Assembly (NCBI GenBank): GCA_963813075.1
Contig: CAWEXU010000004.1
Coordinates: forward strand, 128,001-192,000
Origin: Methanotrichaceae archaeon
GTDB taxonomy: Archaea; Halobacteriota; Methanosarcinia; Methanotrichales; Methanotrichaceae
Length of the DNA: 64,000 nucleotides
Direction: 5' to 3'
Position 1 is the first letter of the stretch; every line of letters begins with the position of its first letter. Positions 1 to 12,222 of the stretch are shown here, one piece after another. Below the pieces are notes generated by a model. It saw nothing but the letters and a program-made list of their open reading frames with translations, did no database searches and had not been told where the DNA came from. The position numbers and the translations under genes were made by a program.

Positions 1-154
1 GGTCCGTCCGGCCGGCATAGCAGAAGTCGCCGTGGATGACGCCTATTTGGGTCAACGCCCGCCGGACCTGGCTGTCAACAGTCACCCGGTCGGGCTGCTT
101 TTGAAACCCATAGTAGTTGTCTCCCAGGTAGGCGAGCTTGAGGGCAACCTTCAA
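1..154 (-). CDS. truA: tRNA pseudouridine(38-40) synthase TruA, 5' part (runs off window edge)
   Basis: Manual translation from TTG at 154: [26 protein letters not shown]...YAGRTD. This has the TruA N-terminal AYxGxxYxGFQxQP motif and the catalytic AGRTD motif. Not in the ORF track. Confidence 0.85.
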   Translation of the reverse strand, partial: MKVALKLAYLGDNYYGFQKQPDRVTVDSQVRRALTQIGVIHGDFCYAGRTD

Positions 155-1424
155 TCAGATCTCCCTGGGATCGGTGATATAGCCGGTGATGGCGCTCGCT
201 CCTGCAGTGGCGGGAGAAGAGAGGTAGACGAATGCCTGGGGGCTTCCCTGCCTGCCCACGAAGTTCCGGTTGGAGGTGGCCAGACAGCGCTCTCCCGCTC
301 CCAGGAGGCCGAAGCTCCCACCCATGCAGGGGCCGCAGCAGGGCGACTCCACCATCGCCCCCGCTTCCATAAACTTCTCCACCAGGCCGGCATCGCAGGC
401 ATTTCATGTACTCATCCCGGCTGGCGGGGACCACGATCATCCTCACCCCTTTTGCCAGGGGCTCATTCTTCATCATCTCGCAGGCAAGCTGCAGGTCCTC
501 GAAGCGGCCGTTGGTGCAGGAGCCTAAGAATACCTGATCGATCCGGATCTCGGGCACCTGGCTGATGGGCAGGACGTTGTCCACATTATGGGGCATGGCG
601 ATCTGCGGCTCCAGATCAGATACATTCCACTCCCTCCGGGAGAACGTTGCATCCTCGTCTCCCCTGAGATTTCCGGCCTCTATTGCCTCCCGATCCGGGA
701 CCCGTCCCTGCAGGTAATTATTCGTCGTCCCGTCCGCCGGGAAGATGCCCACCTTGGCCCCCATTTCGATGGCCATGTTGGAGACCGTCATCCTCTCAGG
801 AATGCTCATCCTCTCCGCGGCCTCACCCCGAAACTCGCAGGCCAGATAGTTGGCCCCATCGGCACCGATATCGCCGATGATGCGCAGGACTGCGTCCTTT
901 GATGTAACTCGAGAGGGCAGCTGTCCCTCGATCATGATCTGCAGCGTCTTTGGCACCATAAACCAGAGCTTGCCGGTGGCGAAGACAGAGGCCATGTCTG
1001 TGGACCCGACGCCGGTGGCAAAGGAGCCAAGCGCTCCATAGGTGCAGGTATGCGAGTCCGTGCCCACAATCACGCTGCCAGGAAGCACATGCCCCTTCTC
1101 GGGCATCACCTGATGGCATACGCCGCAGAAGATATCGTAATTGAGAATGCCCTGCTCTTCGGCGAACTTTCGGAGTTGGATGTGATTTTCCGCGGCCTTC
1201 AGGCTGTCTGCCGGGACCTGATGGTCGAAGAGAAGAACGATCCTGGAGGGGTCCCAGACCCGGGCATCCCGGCCTGCGATCTCATAGAATCCCTTCACTG
1301 CCAGGGGGCCAGTGATATCGTGAATCATGGCACCATCTATATTCGCCATGACGAACTCGCCCGCCTTTACCTCTTTTTTTGCCGCTCTGGATAAAATCTT
1401 CTCAGACAGGGTTTGGCCGCTCAT
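155..1424 (-). CDS. leuC: 3-isopropylmalate dehydratase/homoaconitase large subunit (one frameshift near 395)
   Basis: [12 protein letters not shown] and GSCTNGR motifs in ORF 75..1424. The true C-terminus (CGPCMG, STSNRNF-like, [18 protein letters not shown]) is in ORF 155..382. LeuC versus HacA specificity cannot be resolved. Confidence 0.85.
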
Positions 1425-2013
1425 GAGATCCTGTTGCCCTCCATGATAATAAATCTTGACCTTCCTGGCTCAGCATCTTTGCTTTCCTGAGGTCGGAGAC
1501 GAAATCAGCCATCAGATTTCTATTCCGCAGGACGGCTGCCGGATGATAGGTAACCAAAAAGCGATCGCTCAGAATCTGGCCGCGCAGAACCGTCACGCCC
1601 TGAACTCCCAGGACGGCTTGAATGGCAGTGTTGCCCATCAGGCAGATAATCTTAGGCCGGATGGCATTCATCTGCGCCTCCAGATAGGGCAGGCACCGCT
1701 CGATCTCATTTCGCTTCGGTTTTCTGTTCAGAGGCGGGCGGCATTTGATGACGCTGGTTATGAAGACATCCTCTCTTTTCAGGCCGGCCTCATCCAGTGC
1801 TTTGTCCAGCAGCCTTCCCGCCCGGCCCACGAATGGCAGCCCTTTGAGGTCCTCCTCCCGGCCGGGTGCCTCTCCTACCAGCATAATACCGGCTTGTGCG
1901 GGGCCAGATCCTGGCACAGTCAGGTTTCGGCTGAGTGATAGTGAACAGAGCTCGCAGGAGGCAATCTTCTCCTGCAACTGGATCAGGTCTGGCGGGCACA
2001 TGCTGGCAGCCAT
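1402..2013 (-). CDS. Family 4 uracil-DNA glycosylase
   Basis: CxxCx[23 protein letters not shown] and TYHPAA motifs. Start may be the ATG at 2001. Confidence 0.9.
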   Translation of the reverse strand: MAASMCPPDLIQLQEKIASCELCSLSLSRNLTVPGSGPAQAGIMLVGEAPGREEDLKGLPFVGRAGRLLDKALDEAGLKREDVFITSVIKCRPPLNRKPKRNEIERCLPYLEAQMNAIRPKIICLMGNTAIQAVLGVQGVTVLRGQILSDRFLVTYHPAAVLRNRNLMADFVSDLRKAKMLSQEGQDLLSWRATGSHERPNPV

Positions 2014-2109
2014 TGATGCTCGTTATTGATAATACTTGTCTATTGATCCCTGCCCTGGGAAAAATCAATCGCAACGAAAGGTTCTTATTTATTCAAACCC
2101 TCTAGCCAG

Positions 2110-2361
2110 GTGAGGAGGGTACTGATGCAGTTCGCAGAGTGGACATATCCCCTGAGGAAGTTTGACGATATATATTATACTATTGAGCGGATAGTTTATG
2201 GCAAAGGGGAGCTGAAGGGCTTCACCACCGAAGATATCTACAACAACCTGCGAGATAAGCGCTTTTTCAACGATGTGCAGGATCTGAATCGCTATTTGCT
2301 GGAGAACGGGCAGAAATACAAGATAAGAAAGATTGATGAGGCCTGGGAGCGCTATTACTAG
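2110..2361 (+). CDS. Small hypothetical protein
   Basis: Isolated 83-aa ORF with protein-like composition between two genes; AT-rich TATA-like sequence upstream. Confidence 0.65.
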   Translation: MRRVLMQFAEWTYPLRKFDDIYYTIERIVYGKGELKGFTTEDIYNNLRDKRFFNDVQDLNRYLLENGQKYKIRKIDEAWERYY

Positions 2362-2365
2362 CGCT

Positions 2366-3632
2366 TCATCTTATCTTTTCTTTGAAGTAAATATTTCTCT
2401 CATCTATTCCCAACTCAATGAACCTGCCCGTAGCCAGGATGTTATGGCTGTGTTTGAGCAGAGCCACTCTTACCCCCGGTGCCACCACCGACTCCGATGG
2501 TAAGACCACATTCTCGCCGATCACCGGGACGCCTCCATCCCCTCCGCCGTTCAATCCCAGATCAATATGCTCCTCTAAGGTGGAGTGGCGGCCCACTATT
2601 GCCCTGCTGATACTGACGGAATGCTTGACGTGAGCGAAGCTCATAACCATGCTGTCCCTTATCTCGACGTCGCGGTCGATGAGGCTGGTATGGCCGATAT
2701 GGGAGTTCTCTATGACCACGTCCTTTTCTATGCGGCAGTTCCTGCCTATGGAGACGTTTCCCTTCAGCACGATCTCCCCGGAGGCGAGCATCGGCTCTAT
2801 CCTGGCCAGGGTGCTGGGATGGATCCACTGATTGGTCTTGTAGCTGTATTTGCGGTCGAAGTGCCTGACCCGGCCGGAGAGGCAATCCATGGCTGCTTGA
2901 TGCAGCCTTTCCGGCGTGCCGATATCTATCCAGTATCCAGATACCGGGAAGCCGTAGACTGGATAGCCGTTCTGAGTAAGGTAAGGGATCAGGTCGCCGC
3001 CTATGTCCCTGGCCTTATCACCCATCTTCGCCAGGACATCCCGGACCTCGGGGCTGAAAAGATAAAAGGCGGTGTTGATCATCCGGCTGGGCTCGCTGCC
3101 CGGCTTTGGCTTCTCCACGAAACCGCTGATGCGCATATCCTCGTCCACCCGGGCTACGCCGTAGGACGAGATGTTCTCCTCAGGACCGATCTCCTTTAGA
3201 GCTACGGTTAAGAACCGGCTTATGCTCCTGATGGAACTGGACAATCTTCGACAGGTCGATATCGATCAGGTTGTCTCCCGAGACCACCAGGAGGTCATCG
3301 TTTATGTCATAGTAGTTCATGCAGTAGCGCAGAGAATCGGCGCTGCCCATATCATCATAGAGCGGCTGATAGCTGAAATCCTGGTGGTCGGCGATCCCCA
3401 GACGCTTGAAGAAGCCCTCACCGGCCTTGAAATAGTTGCTCAGGTCGAGGGTATTGTTCGCTCCCTTGCTGCCTAAAATGAACCGGCGACATCCCTGGGT
3501 GGCCAAAACCCGGAAGATATTGGCAATTATGGCCGTATCGCACAACTCCACCAACGGCTTGGGCTGATCCAGGGTCAAAGGATAAAGGCGCGTTCCCGAG
3601 CCGCCAACCGTTGCTAAGACCTGGGGAAACAT
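2366..3632 (-). CDS. NDP-sugar pyrophosphorylase (nucleotidyltransferase with hexapeptide repeats), frameshift near 3230
   Basis: GGSGTRLYPLTLDQPKPL and VVSGDN in ORF 3180..3632; FVEKP, YWIDIGTP and left-handed beta-helix repeats in ORF 2366..3244. Confidence 0.85.
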
Positions 3633-3912
3633 GCTCTATAATTGAAGCAGGCAAGAATATTAAAGCTATCCCTGCAGATCATACCTATCGTCTATGTTCT
3701 ATCTCTTCCATTCTATATTCAGTACCCTCTCATTATCTTCAAAATGATGCGGGCGATCATAAAGGCGAGCAGGAACAGAATAGCGTAGAAGGCAATCGTA
3801 ATTATATCCATGGCAGGTATTCAGTCTTTTCTGGTTTATAGATTTGATTGCCCTGCAAATTGCCCTACAAAAAGATTGATCAGCCATAAGGGTCCCAATC
3901 CAGGGCAATCAG

Positions 3913-5139
3913 GTGCTATTCATGAATCATACCGGGGCCATAGAGAGGGCGAAGGAGCACTTCGCCGCACTGCTCAATGAGCAGCTCAAGCGCGTTGATC
4001 AGATGAAAGCAGGAGAGGACTGGGCGGACTACAGCCGGCTTATGCCGATAATAATCGGGGTGGTAGGAGGAGACGGTATAGGCCCATTCATCACCAAAGA
4101 GGCAGTACGGGTGCTCGAGCACATTCTGGCAGAAGAGATTCAGTCGGGAAAGGTCGAGCTGAGGTGGATCTCGGGCCTCTCCATCGAGGAGAGGGTTAAG
4201 GTGATGAAGGCCCTGCCCGAGGAGACCCTGGCGGCGCTGAAGGAGTGCCATGTGATACTTAAGGGTCCCCTCACCACCCCCAAGAAAGGGGACAAATGGC
4301 CGAACCTGGAGAGCGCCAACGTCTCCATGCGCCGGGAGCTGGACCTCTTCGCCAATGTCCGGCCGGTCAAGGTTCCGGAGAAGGGCATCGACTGGATATT
4401 CTACCGGGAGAATACCGAGGGCGAGTACGTCCTGGGCAGCTCGGGATTCAATGTCACCGAGGACCTGGCAGTGGACTTCAAGGTGATCACCACCCAGGGA
4501 GCGGAGAGAATCGTGCGCCTGGCATTCGAGTACGCCAAAAAGAATGGCATCAAAAGAGTCTCTGCGGTCACCAAGGCCAATGTGATCAAGACCACTGACG
4601 GCAAGTTCCTGGAGGTAGCCCGGCGGGTAGCGGCGGAGTACCCGGACATCCAGTTCGACGACTGGTTCGTGGACATAATGGCGGCAAAGCTGGTGGACGA
4701 GAAGCGGAGGCGCGACTTCAAGGTGATCGTTTTGCCTAACCTGTACGGGGACATCCTCACCGATGAGGCGGCGGAGTTCCAGGGCGGGGTGGGCACTGCC
4801 GGGAGCGCCAATATCGGCAAGAGGTATGCCATGTTCGAGGCCATTCACGGCTCAGCTCCGCGCATGGTCGACGAGGGCCGAGCGCAGTATGCCGATCCGG
4901 CGAGCATGATGCGGGCCTGTGTGATGATGCTGCGCCACATCGGCTTCGCCCTTCAGGCCAGCCGGATGGAGATGGCGCTGGATATCTGCGGCCAGTTCGA
5001 AAAGGGTGTATGCCTCACCGGCCGGCCGGATGGTGCCACTGGGGCTCAGTTCGCAGACTATGTGCTCGGGACTGTTCAAGATCCCAATCTACTCAGCCGC
5101 TGGCAGAAGTATCAGGCTTCTGGAGAGGTAAAGCTTTAG
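3913..5139 (+). CDS. Isocitrate/isopropylmalate dehydrogenase family protein
   Basis: GDGIGP, RENTEGEY, KANVIK, PNLYGDILTDEAA and FEAIHGSAP motifs. Confidence 0.9.
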   Translation: MLFMNHTGAIERAKEHFAALLNEQLKRVDQMKAGEDWADYSRLMPIIIGVVGGDGIGPFITKEAVRVLEHILAEEIQSGKVELRWISGLSIEERVKVMKALPEETLAALKECHVILKGPLTTPKKGDKWPNLESANVSMRRELDLFANVRPVKVPEKGIDWIFYRENTEGEYVLGSSGFNVTEDLAVDFKVITTQGAERIVRLAFEYAKKNGIKRVSAVTKANVIKTTDGKFLEVARRVAAEYPDIQFDDWFVDIMAAKLVDEKRRRDFKVIVLPNLYGDILTDEAAEFQGGVGTAGSANIGKRYAMFEAIHGSAPRMVDEGRAQYADPASMMRACVMMLRHIGFALQASRMEMALDICGQFEKGVCLTGRPDGATGAQFADYVLGTVQDPNLLSRWQKYQASGEVKL

Positions 5140-5157
5140 CTGAAATGATCCCATATA

Positions 5158-6033
5158 TTGCTCGTGGAAAACCTTGCGGAAGCATTTCTGGGCCTGAGCC
5201 GAGAGGATCTCTCTCTGCTGGGCGCAATTGAAAGCGGGATGAAGACCCACGAGTGGGTCCCCTCTTTTTTGATAACCAAGATTGCCGGCCTCTCCGCCAG
5301 CAAATCAGAGTACCGCCTGCAGCATCTTTTTGAGAAGAAGCTGGTGGTAAGGGAGGCTCAGCACTACCTGGGCTATCAGATAAACTTCGATTCCTACGAT
5401 CTTTTGGCGCTCTCGGACTTCGTCCGGCGCGATCAGGTGAGAAGCATCGGAGAAGAGATCGGGGTGGGCAAGGAGTCTATCGTCCGCGAGGCCCAGGGAG
5501 ATGGCCCACTGGCCATCAAGTTCCACCGCCAGGGCCGGACCAGCTTCAAGCATGTCCGCCGCCTGCGCGACCACCTTACAGATAAACCAAAGGTTCCGTG
5601 GCTTTATGCCGCCGCCCTGGCAGCCAAACGGGAGTTTGGAGTGATGGAAAAGCTCCACCCATTGGTCTCCATTCCCCGGCCGGTAGCCATAAGCCGGCAT
5701 GCTCTGGCAATGGAGCAGATCCCAGGCCCACTTCTGAACAGGATCACTCTGGAAGATCCCGAGGAGGGCCTGAGGCTGATCCTGGTTGAGGTGGGACGGG
5801 CCCTGAGCCAGGGCATCATCCATGCCGACCTGAGCGAGTTCAATATCATGATAGCTGATTCCGGGCCGGTGATCATCGACTGGCCTCAGGCGGTGGATGC
5901 CACTCACCCCAATGCGGATGAACTCCTGAAGAGGGATCTGGGCAATGTGCTGCGTTTCTTCCAGAGAAAATACCATATCGAAATGCCGCTGGAAGAGGCG
6001 CTCTCGCTGGTTGAGGAGGCAAAGAGGATTTGA
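5158..6033 (+). CDS. rio2: RIO2-type Ser/Thr kinase/ATPase
   Basis: N-terminal wHTH (HEWVP), IGVGKES, KFHRQGRTSF, IHADLSEFNI and IDWPQ motifs. Confidence 0.9.
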   Translation: MLVENLAEAFLGLSREDLSLLGAIESGMKTHEWVPSFLITKIAGLSASKSEYRLQHLFEKKLVVREAQHYLGYQINFDSYDLLALSDFVRRDQVRSIGEEIGVGKESIVREAQGDGPLAIKFHRQGRTSFKHVRRLRDHLTDKPKVPWLYAAALAAKREFGVMEKLHPLVSIPRPVAISRHALAMEQIPGPLLNRITLEDPEEGLRLILVEVGRALSQGIIHADLSEFNIMIADSGPVIIDWPQAVDATHPNADELLKRDLGNVLRFFQRKYHIEMPLEEALSLVEEAKRI

Positions 6034-8030
6034 GCATCTTCGGGGTGGATATCGCCAGCGGATCACCGGGCAGCCGAAGGGCCCCCAGCTATTCTATGGT
6101 CGTCCTGGAAGGAGACTCTACCACGGCTCACCATATGATCAGCAGGCATAAGCTGATCCGGATGATCAGGGAGCGGCAGCCGGAGATGGTGGCCATGGAT
6201 AACGTCCATGAGCTGGCGGAAAGCCACCGGGAATTGGTCAACCTCCTGCGCCGTCTCCCCTCCTTCGACCAAACTGGTGCAGGTGACGGGCGGGGAGAGG
6301 CCGGAGTCTTTAGTCCGTCTGGCCCGCTGGAATGGCATCACCTTCGACCGCACCAAGCCCCTGGAGGAGGCGGAGGCCTCGGCCAGGCTGGCGGCCAAGG
6401 GCGTTGGCGCGATCGTCTCCGCCTTTGAGGATAAGACATTGATCAAGGTGAGCCGGAGGCGGTCCCTGGGTCGGGGCGGCTGGAGCCAGAACCGCTATAC
6501 CAGAAAGATCCACGGAGCGGTGATGGCCATGGCGCGTGAGGTGGAAAAGCAACTGCGCGAAGCCGGTTTGGAGTACTCTCTGCGGACGGTGGAGGGGTTG
6601 GGCGGCTTCACCCGGGCGGAGTTCGTGGTGGAGGCCTCCCGGGATAAGGTGCACATCAACCCCGGCTATTCGGTCGATGCCCAGCTGAAGGTGCAGAGCA
6701 TCGAGAGGCCTGCTCTGCAGTACAAGCCGCTGCTGCACCGCAGAGGCTACATCATCGTGGGCCTGGACCCAGGCACCACCACCGGCATTGCCGCCCTGAA
6801 CCTGCGGGGTGAATTGGTCGACCTGATCAGCTCCCGCGCCATGTCCTCTTCCGACGTGATCGAGTGGATCGCCGCCCGGGGAAGGCCGCTGATTGTGGCC
6901 ACGGACGTCTCGCCCACGCCGGGAGCGGTGGAGAAGACCAAGAGGGCCTTTAATGCCGTCTTATTCAGTCCGGGGGCGGATATGGCCGGGGAGGAGAAGA
7001 TCGCCCTCGGACGGGAGCTGGGCTACAAGAACGACCACGAGAGGGATGCTCTGGCTGCCGCTCTGTCCGCCTTCCGGAAGTACAAGAACAAGTTCATGCA
7101 GGTGGAGAAGAAGGCGCCGGCGGAGGTTGATCCAGATGAGATCAAGGCCCTGGTGGTCAGGGGCTTCTCCATTGAGAACGCCATTGCCGAGTTCACCCAG
7201 CCAACTCCGGCGGAGGGCAGGCCGGCGGCCCCGGCCCCAGCGACCGTTGCCCCAGATCCGGATACCGCCGGCCTGCGGCAGCATATCCAGCAGCTTTCCG
7301 AGCAGGTGAAGACCCTGCGCACTTACGTGGATGAGCTGCAGGCCCAGATGGCGGTGAAGGATGCCGATCTGCAAAAGGCTATCGAGAAGCTGGACCGGCG
7401 AAGGACAAGACCTCCAGGGAGATCAAACGTGACCATGAGATCAGGATCCGGGACAAGGAGATCGGACGGCTGCGCTCCATCCTGCGCTCGGAGAGAAAGT
7501 ACACCAAGAAGCTGAAGAGGACGGTGGCTGCCCGGAAGAAGGCGGAGAGGATTGAGGAGGTGAAAGGGCTGCGCCGTCTGAAGCCGGTGGCCGCATTCTC
7601 CAAAGAGGCGGTGCTGGCCGCGGCGGAGCGCTACGCTCTGGCCGAGGGGGACCTGGTCCTCTTAGAGGATGCCAGCGGCGGGGGAAAGAGCACGGCGGAG
7701 CTGTTCCGGGAGAGGGGGGTTGCCGCCATAGTGGCAGAGGGGGAGATGGCCCAGGCGATGCAGGAGTATTTCCTGGACCTGGGACTGCCCGTATTCACCT
7801 CCTCGGAGATTGCGGTGCAGAGGATCGACAGCCTGCCCTTCATCCGGCCGGAGGAGCTGGAGGCGGCGCGGGAGAGGTGGGAGGTGCAGCAGAAGGCCCG
7901 GCAGGCGAGGCTGGAGGCGGAGAAGCTGGAGAGCTTATTCCAGGATTATAAGGTGGAGAGGATGAAGGAGGAGAAGAGGAAGAAGAGGATGAAGATGGCT
8001 GAGAAGATGGGGGAGGAGGGGTATGATTGA
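6030..8030 (+). CDS. DUF460-family protein (RNase H-like domains plus coiled coil), frameshifts near 6265 and 7400
   Basis: IFGVDI N-terminus, GRGGWSQNRYTRKIHG, IIVGLDPGTTTGIA, NDHERDALAAA and a C-terminal coiled coil, spread over ORFs 6030..6428, 6208..7515 and 7524..8030. Confidence 0.85.
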
Positions 8031-8402
8031 TAGGTAATTCTTCTCCAAGACGATATTGAGGAGGGCGGGGAAAGGGATATCCGCGCGTTTTTACCAGTAA
8101 TATCCCTCCCACCCATCCAAAACGGTTGAGGGTGAGACTTCAGCTGGTATCCCTACGTATAAAGCTCCATGTCATCTGGCATCCTTGAACACGGAAGCAA
8201 TCTCATTCCACAAACGTCCTTACGTCTGCATCCCTTTAGTCGCTCATGTATTCGCGAATACTTTTGACATCGGCTTCAAAACCACGAATCTCTCCGATAC
8301 GAGCGCGCATATTCCACAACTCTCTGACCCTGGCGCTGGGCAACCAGCATGGGCTCGATCGGCTTCGCTCACTGCCACCAGGGCTACCTCGTGAGAGAAG
8401 CC

Positions 8403-8761
8403 TCATGCGTTCTCTGGCTCCAGGCATCTTCGCCTCCCTTGCGCAAACTGCTCACTGTAGATGTAGAACACCCGGTCGGCAAGCTCGGTCAGCTTCTGCA
8501 GGTGGTGGTCCAGCGTCGGCAGAGGAGAGCAGGACGGTCATGAGCAGGAAGACTGTGAAGGCGCGACGCACATACAGCACCGTGACGTTTCAGTTCAGTC
8601 GACTGAGGATGCGGGAGTGGTTGCCGCTGATGAATAGGATCTTGTAGTGCTGCAATTCCGGGTGGCTGTTGATGGGGCGGGCCATTACCTCCACCTGGTG
8701 CGACCATGACTTTGGAGGTTTCAGGAAGCAGGGAGACAGTCAGGAGGAGTTAGATTTCCAT
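8403..8761 (-). pseudogene. Decayed conserved protein resembling the inactivated RadA-like partner of archaeal PolB2
   Basis: Manual translation across stops and frameshifts: MEI*LL...INSHPELQHYKILFISGNHSRILSRLN*NVTVLYVRRAFTVFLLMT...LDHHLQKLTELADRVFYIY. Family call rests on the RRAFTxF motif from memory. In-frame stops and an apparent internal deletion. Confidence 0.4.
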
Positions 8762-9329
8762 GATAGAAAGATCGGTCGGCTCTGGAGATATGAGGGGGAG
8801 GTCCGCTTCATCCGCTGCATCAAATGCAACAGAACCTGGCGAGAGTGCGACTAGAGCAGCCGACTTATATTAAATATTAAATTGCATCAACAAGTAGAAG
8901 CTTTACCAAGAGGTGAGGCAATCTTTAAAATGATTTCGAGTCAGTTTGGAGCGTAAATTCAATAAACAAAGAACAACCTGTGGCATATGGATTAAATTAA
9001 TATATCCAGTGTGCACAATATAGGAATGATCTCCCCTTAGCTCTCGTCCAAGGGCAGAAATGAAGGGGGACGGAGATAAAATGAAAACCCAACGACCGTG
9101 CAGGTCAATTCAACGTAGCCTAGCGGCTGCAATACGTAGCTATCGCTATCAAATTGAAATTTGGGAGGTTGTCCAGACCTACCCTGAAAACCCTCAGACC
9201 AGCTCTCAATCTCTTCCTGTTCAAAAAAGAGCGTGATCCTAGATGATAAAAGACATAACAAGATATATCAACTTTGCTGGAGACAACCCAGTAGTAAAAG
9301 AGCCTAGTATCGGCCTATCGATGCCGATT

Positions 9330-9890
9330 ATCGGCAAGCAAAACGCTGAGCATGCAAAGTGGGCGATCAATGCACTTGCCCGGACTTCGAGCCTCAGCTG
9401 TAAAGGAATACGATATACCGGCAACCGTAGGACATTTTCTGAGTCCACGATACCCTTATGATCTGATAATCAGACCTTTGCCACGGCGCGATATTCAAGC
9501 CAGCTGGGATCAGCAGTGTATTTTGGACAAACACAGCAAGCCGCAAGGATGCTCTTTACTGGAGCAGTGAGTTCAACGGATGGCGGTCATGGCCCAAGAA
9601 AAATCCCGATAGGGTTATGAGCTTAGATAAGTGGATAGATCTGCAACGCCCATGTGGACAGGCTCAGGCGTGGCTGGCTGTCACGACAAGGGCAATAAGT
9701 GAGGATGGCAGCTTATTCTGTTGCTGGGCACCCATGTCAGAAGTGATACAACTACATGCCCTGCTGCCTAAATTGCCGGCAACATATCTGGCAACGTGCC
9801 CAACAATGGCCTACGACACTAAGACTGAAAGCTTTGACATTAGCCATGAGTTGCTAGGGATGATCCTGGGGGTTAAGGGGTGGGCAGCAT
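9330..9890 (+). pseudogene. Possible heavily decayed transposase-like relic
   Basis: Scattered remnants across frames: CTCPDF...CKGI (SWIM-like) near 9370-9410 and QLHALLPKL...MAYDTK (resembles DDE ADKAYD) near 9750-9825. Many stops. Confidence 0.25.
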
Positions 9891-10188
9891 AGCTACCCCA
9901 TTCTTTTTGGATATTTTCAAGGCTGAATCCTTCTGGGATATATTTGCATCTTTAACGTCATTATGGAATCAATCGTTGTTATCTACAAAATATTCAGCAA
10001 TGCCAGCGGGAAAGTTTGGATTCAAGGATGAAAAAGGCAATCTAAGTTTCTTTATGTCTTCCACCTTTTCCAGAAAGTGGTCTAGAGAAAGATAACCAAA
10101 GACATTCCTCAAGGGCTTTGGTCTTCCTCTGGCATAACTGATATAAGCTTAGCTGAAGTTGAGTATCACGTTAGTATGCTGAGGTATA

Positions 10189-10637
10189 ATGGAAACATTA
10201 TGTATTGTTCATGTGGAAAGAGAAAGATATGGGATAAAAATCCCAATGCGGGTTTTGTAAAAGCAAAGGATGTTTACATAGGTCCTTTTTCTATAAAATG
10301 CAAAGAATATGCAGAAAAATTCTATGCAAATTCATGGTGCATTTTATCTGCAAAGTATGGATTTATATTCCCAGAAGAAAAACTTCCAGGGACTTATAAT
10401 GTAAGCTTTAAAGATAGAACACATCCGATAGGCATAGACGATCTTATATTGCAGTTAGAGCAGAAAAGATTGAATAATTATGACAGGATAGTAGTTCTGG
10501 GTGGCAAATCATATGTAAAGGTAATAAATAAGGCATTCGAAGGCAAAATTATTTCTAATCCATTAGCTAATTGTGAAGGATTAGGTTATATGATGCATCA
10601 TCTGAATGAGTCTATAAAAAAAGGGTTCGAACTATAA
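10189..10637 (+). CDS. DUF6884-family protein (1-nt frameshift near the start)
   Basis: GAGGT RBS then METLCIV joined to CGKRKIWDKNP...AKDVYIGPF...WCILSAKYGFI...YNVSF...VVLGGKSY...GLGYMM, matching the DUF6884 pattern as recalled. AT-rich. Confidence 0.7.
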
Positions 10638-11393
10638 TCCAGCTAATTAAATGTTTTTTAGGACAATACTCATCTAGATAACAGATGTTGCAATTAGGAT
10701 CCTCCGGTCTGCACCAATTCCTGCCGATCTCCCAGGCTGAAGAGTCAAAGATTCCTGGGTATTCTGGATACCATTCTTTCGCACAATATACTAATTCATC
10801 AATATTCCTGGTATCGGATATAAATCCCAATCTCTTAAAGACTCTTCTAACATGAACATCTGGTGAAATGTCAATACGAATTTTATCTTGCATAGGGATT
10901 TTAAAATCTCTAGCTAAGATATTTGTTGTTACCATACTCGCTATTTTAACACCTACGCCCTCAAATTCAAGAAATCTCCTAACAACTGTTGCACTTCTTG
11001 GATTATTGCTCCAAATCGTTGAGGCATTATTATCATATTCCTTGTGAATACGTTGTATACCTAAATAAAAATATTTTGCTGAATCTTTATTAAATCTATG
11101 CAGTCGCTCTTCTTCGAAAATGGTATTAATATAATCTTCGCTGCAGCTTAATAATCTGCTAAATTCAAATCCACCTATTTTCTTGAGACATTATATGGAA
11201 TTAGCCAAGCTCTTTCAGCTTTAATCTGTTTATTCATTATGGAAGCTAGCACGAAAGCATGAGGAAATTGATCCAAATCATTTAAGAGATGATCTGCTTC
11301 AGGATTTTGTGTGAATTTGCCTCTTTGATAAGGTTATCTGAATACTTCATTTCGTCTATTTATTAATGTACTTAATACTTGATCCTGATCCAT
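10612..11393 (-). pseudogene. HhH-GPD/endonuclease III-like glycosylase with 4Fe-4S loop, disrupted
   Basis: PHAFVLASIMNKQIKAERAWLIPY, HhH motif FEGVGVKIASM, PDVHVRRVFKRLG and C-terminal CRPEDPNCNICYLDEYC. In-frame TAA near 11335 and a frameshift near 11190. Confidence 0.75.
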
Positions 11394-11669
11394 ATCTTAT
11401 GGTTAACCAAGCAATCTACTTGTCAATGGTTGAGATCATAAAACAATATATTATAGGGATTATTATTCTATTATTTCTTAACATTTTCTCCCTAGATTGG
11501 CCCCACATGCAGCCCTAGCTCTGGAGATTACTCTGGTGAAGAGGTCCAGAGCATAATGGCTTAAAAGATCCATTTCCTACTTTTCTCTTTCATTATTTAA
11601 CCCACAAGCTTTTTAGTTCATAATTCTATTTAGATTTATAGCAAAGGTCAAAGATTACAGGGTCTCCAT

Positions 11670-12222
11670 AGATTCAAAGGTCCCCTGCTGGAGGTGCTGG
11701 CTGCTCAGAAGCATGCACGCATGAAAGCGGAGTGAACCCCGCGAGCACGGCATCCATTCAAGTATTCCCTGTCGGTGGCACGATGAACTAGCCTAGAATC
11801 CCGAAAGATCGAACAGCTTCAATGTCGACCGGAGCAAATTGAGGGCCAGGATTACCCTGCTTGAGAGGCTGCTTGGTCAGGGCTCATGCCAAATGGGCTT
11901 TTAAAAAAATGCGTTCGCCATGACCCAGAAGAAGGTCAACAAGACAATGCATTTGCTGAGAGCTTTATTTTTAAATGAATACCCCGCAGCATGCAGCGGG
12001 CTGCGCTGTTTGACTTAGACCCCAAAGGTCGAGGAGGTATATATTAATGAGTACGGAACATTTGAAAATGCTTATGAAACATCTAGCACTTCATTGAGGA
12101 TAATTTACACCAAGAAGAGACGGCACTCGGCACTGGATTATAAATCTTCGGATCATTTCGAATTGGAGGTTGCTTTAAATATAGTTGCTTAACTACCTGT
12201 CTACTATCAGGGGTTCAGTCCA
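11670..12222 (+). mobile_element. Internally deleted IS3-family relic
   Basis: orfA remnants (REHGIHSSIPCRW, RITLLERLLGQ, A-run near 11903), orfB C-terminus (DNAFAESF...KVEEVYINEY...RRHSALDYKS) and a right end ...CAGGGGTTCAGTCCA terminating in CA. Confidence 0.75.

Noticed and set aside
3916..4848. Long antisense ORFs here and over the rpo, trp and ABC genes
   Set aside because: Shadow frames of GC-rich, well-supported genes, with no recognisable motifs.
9860..10140. Minus-strand protein-like fragment (RPKPLRNVFGYLSLDHFLEK...NFPAGIAEYF)
   Set aside because: Contains an internal stop, has no clear start, and I cannot assign it to a family.
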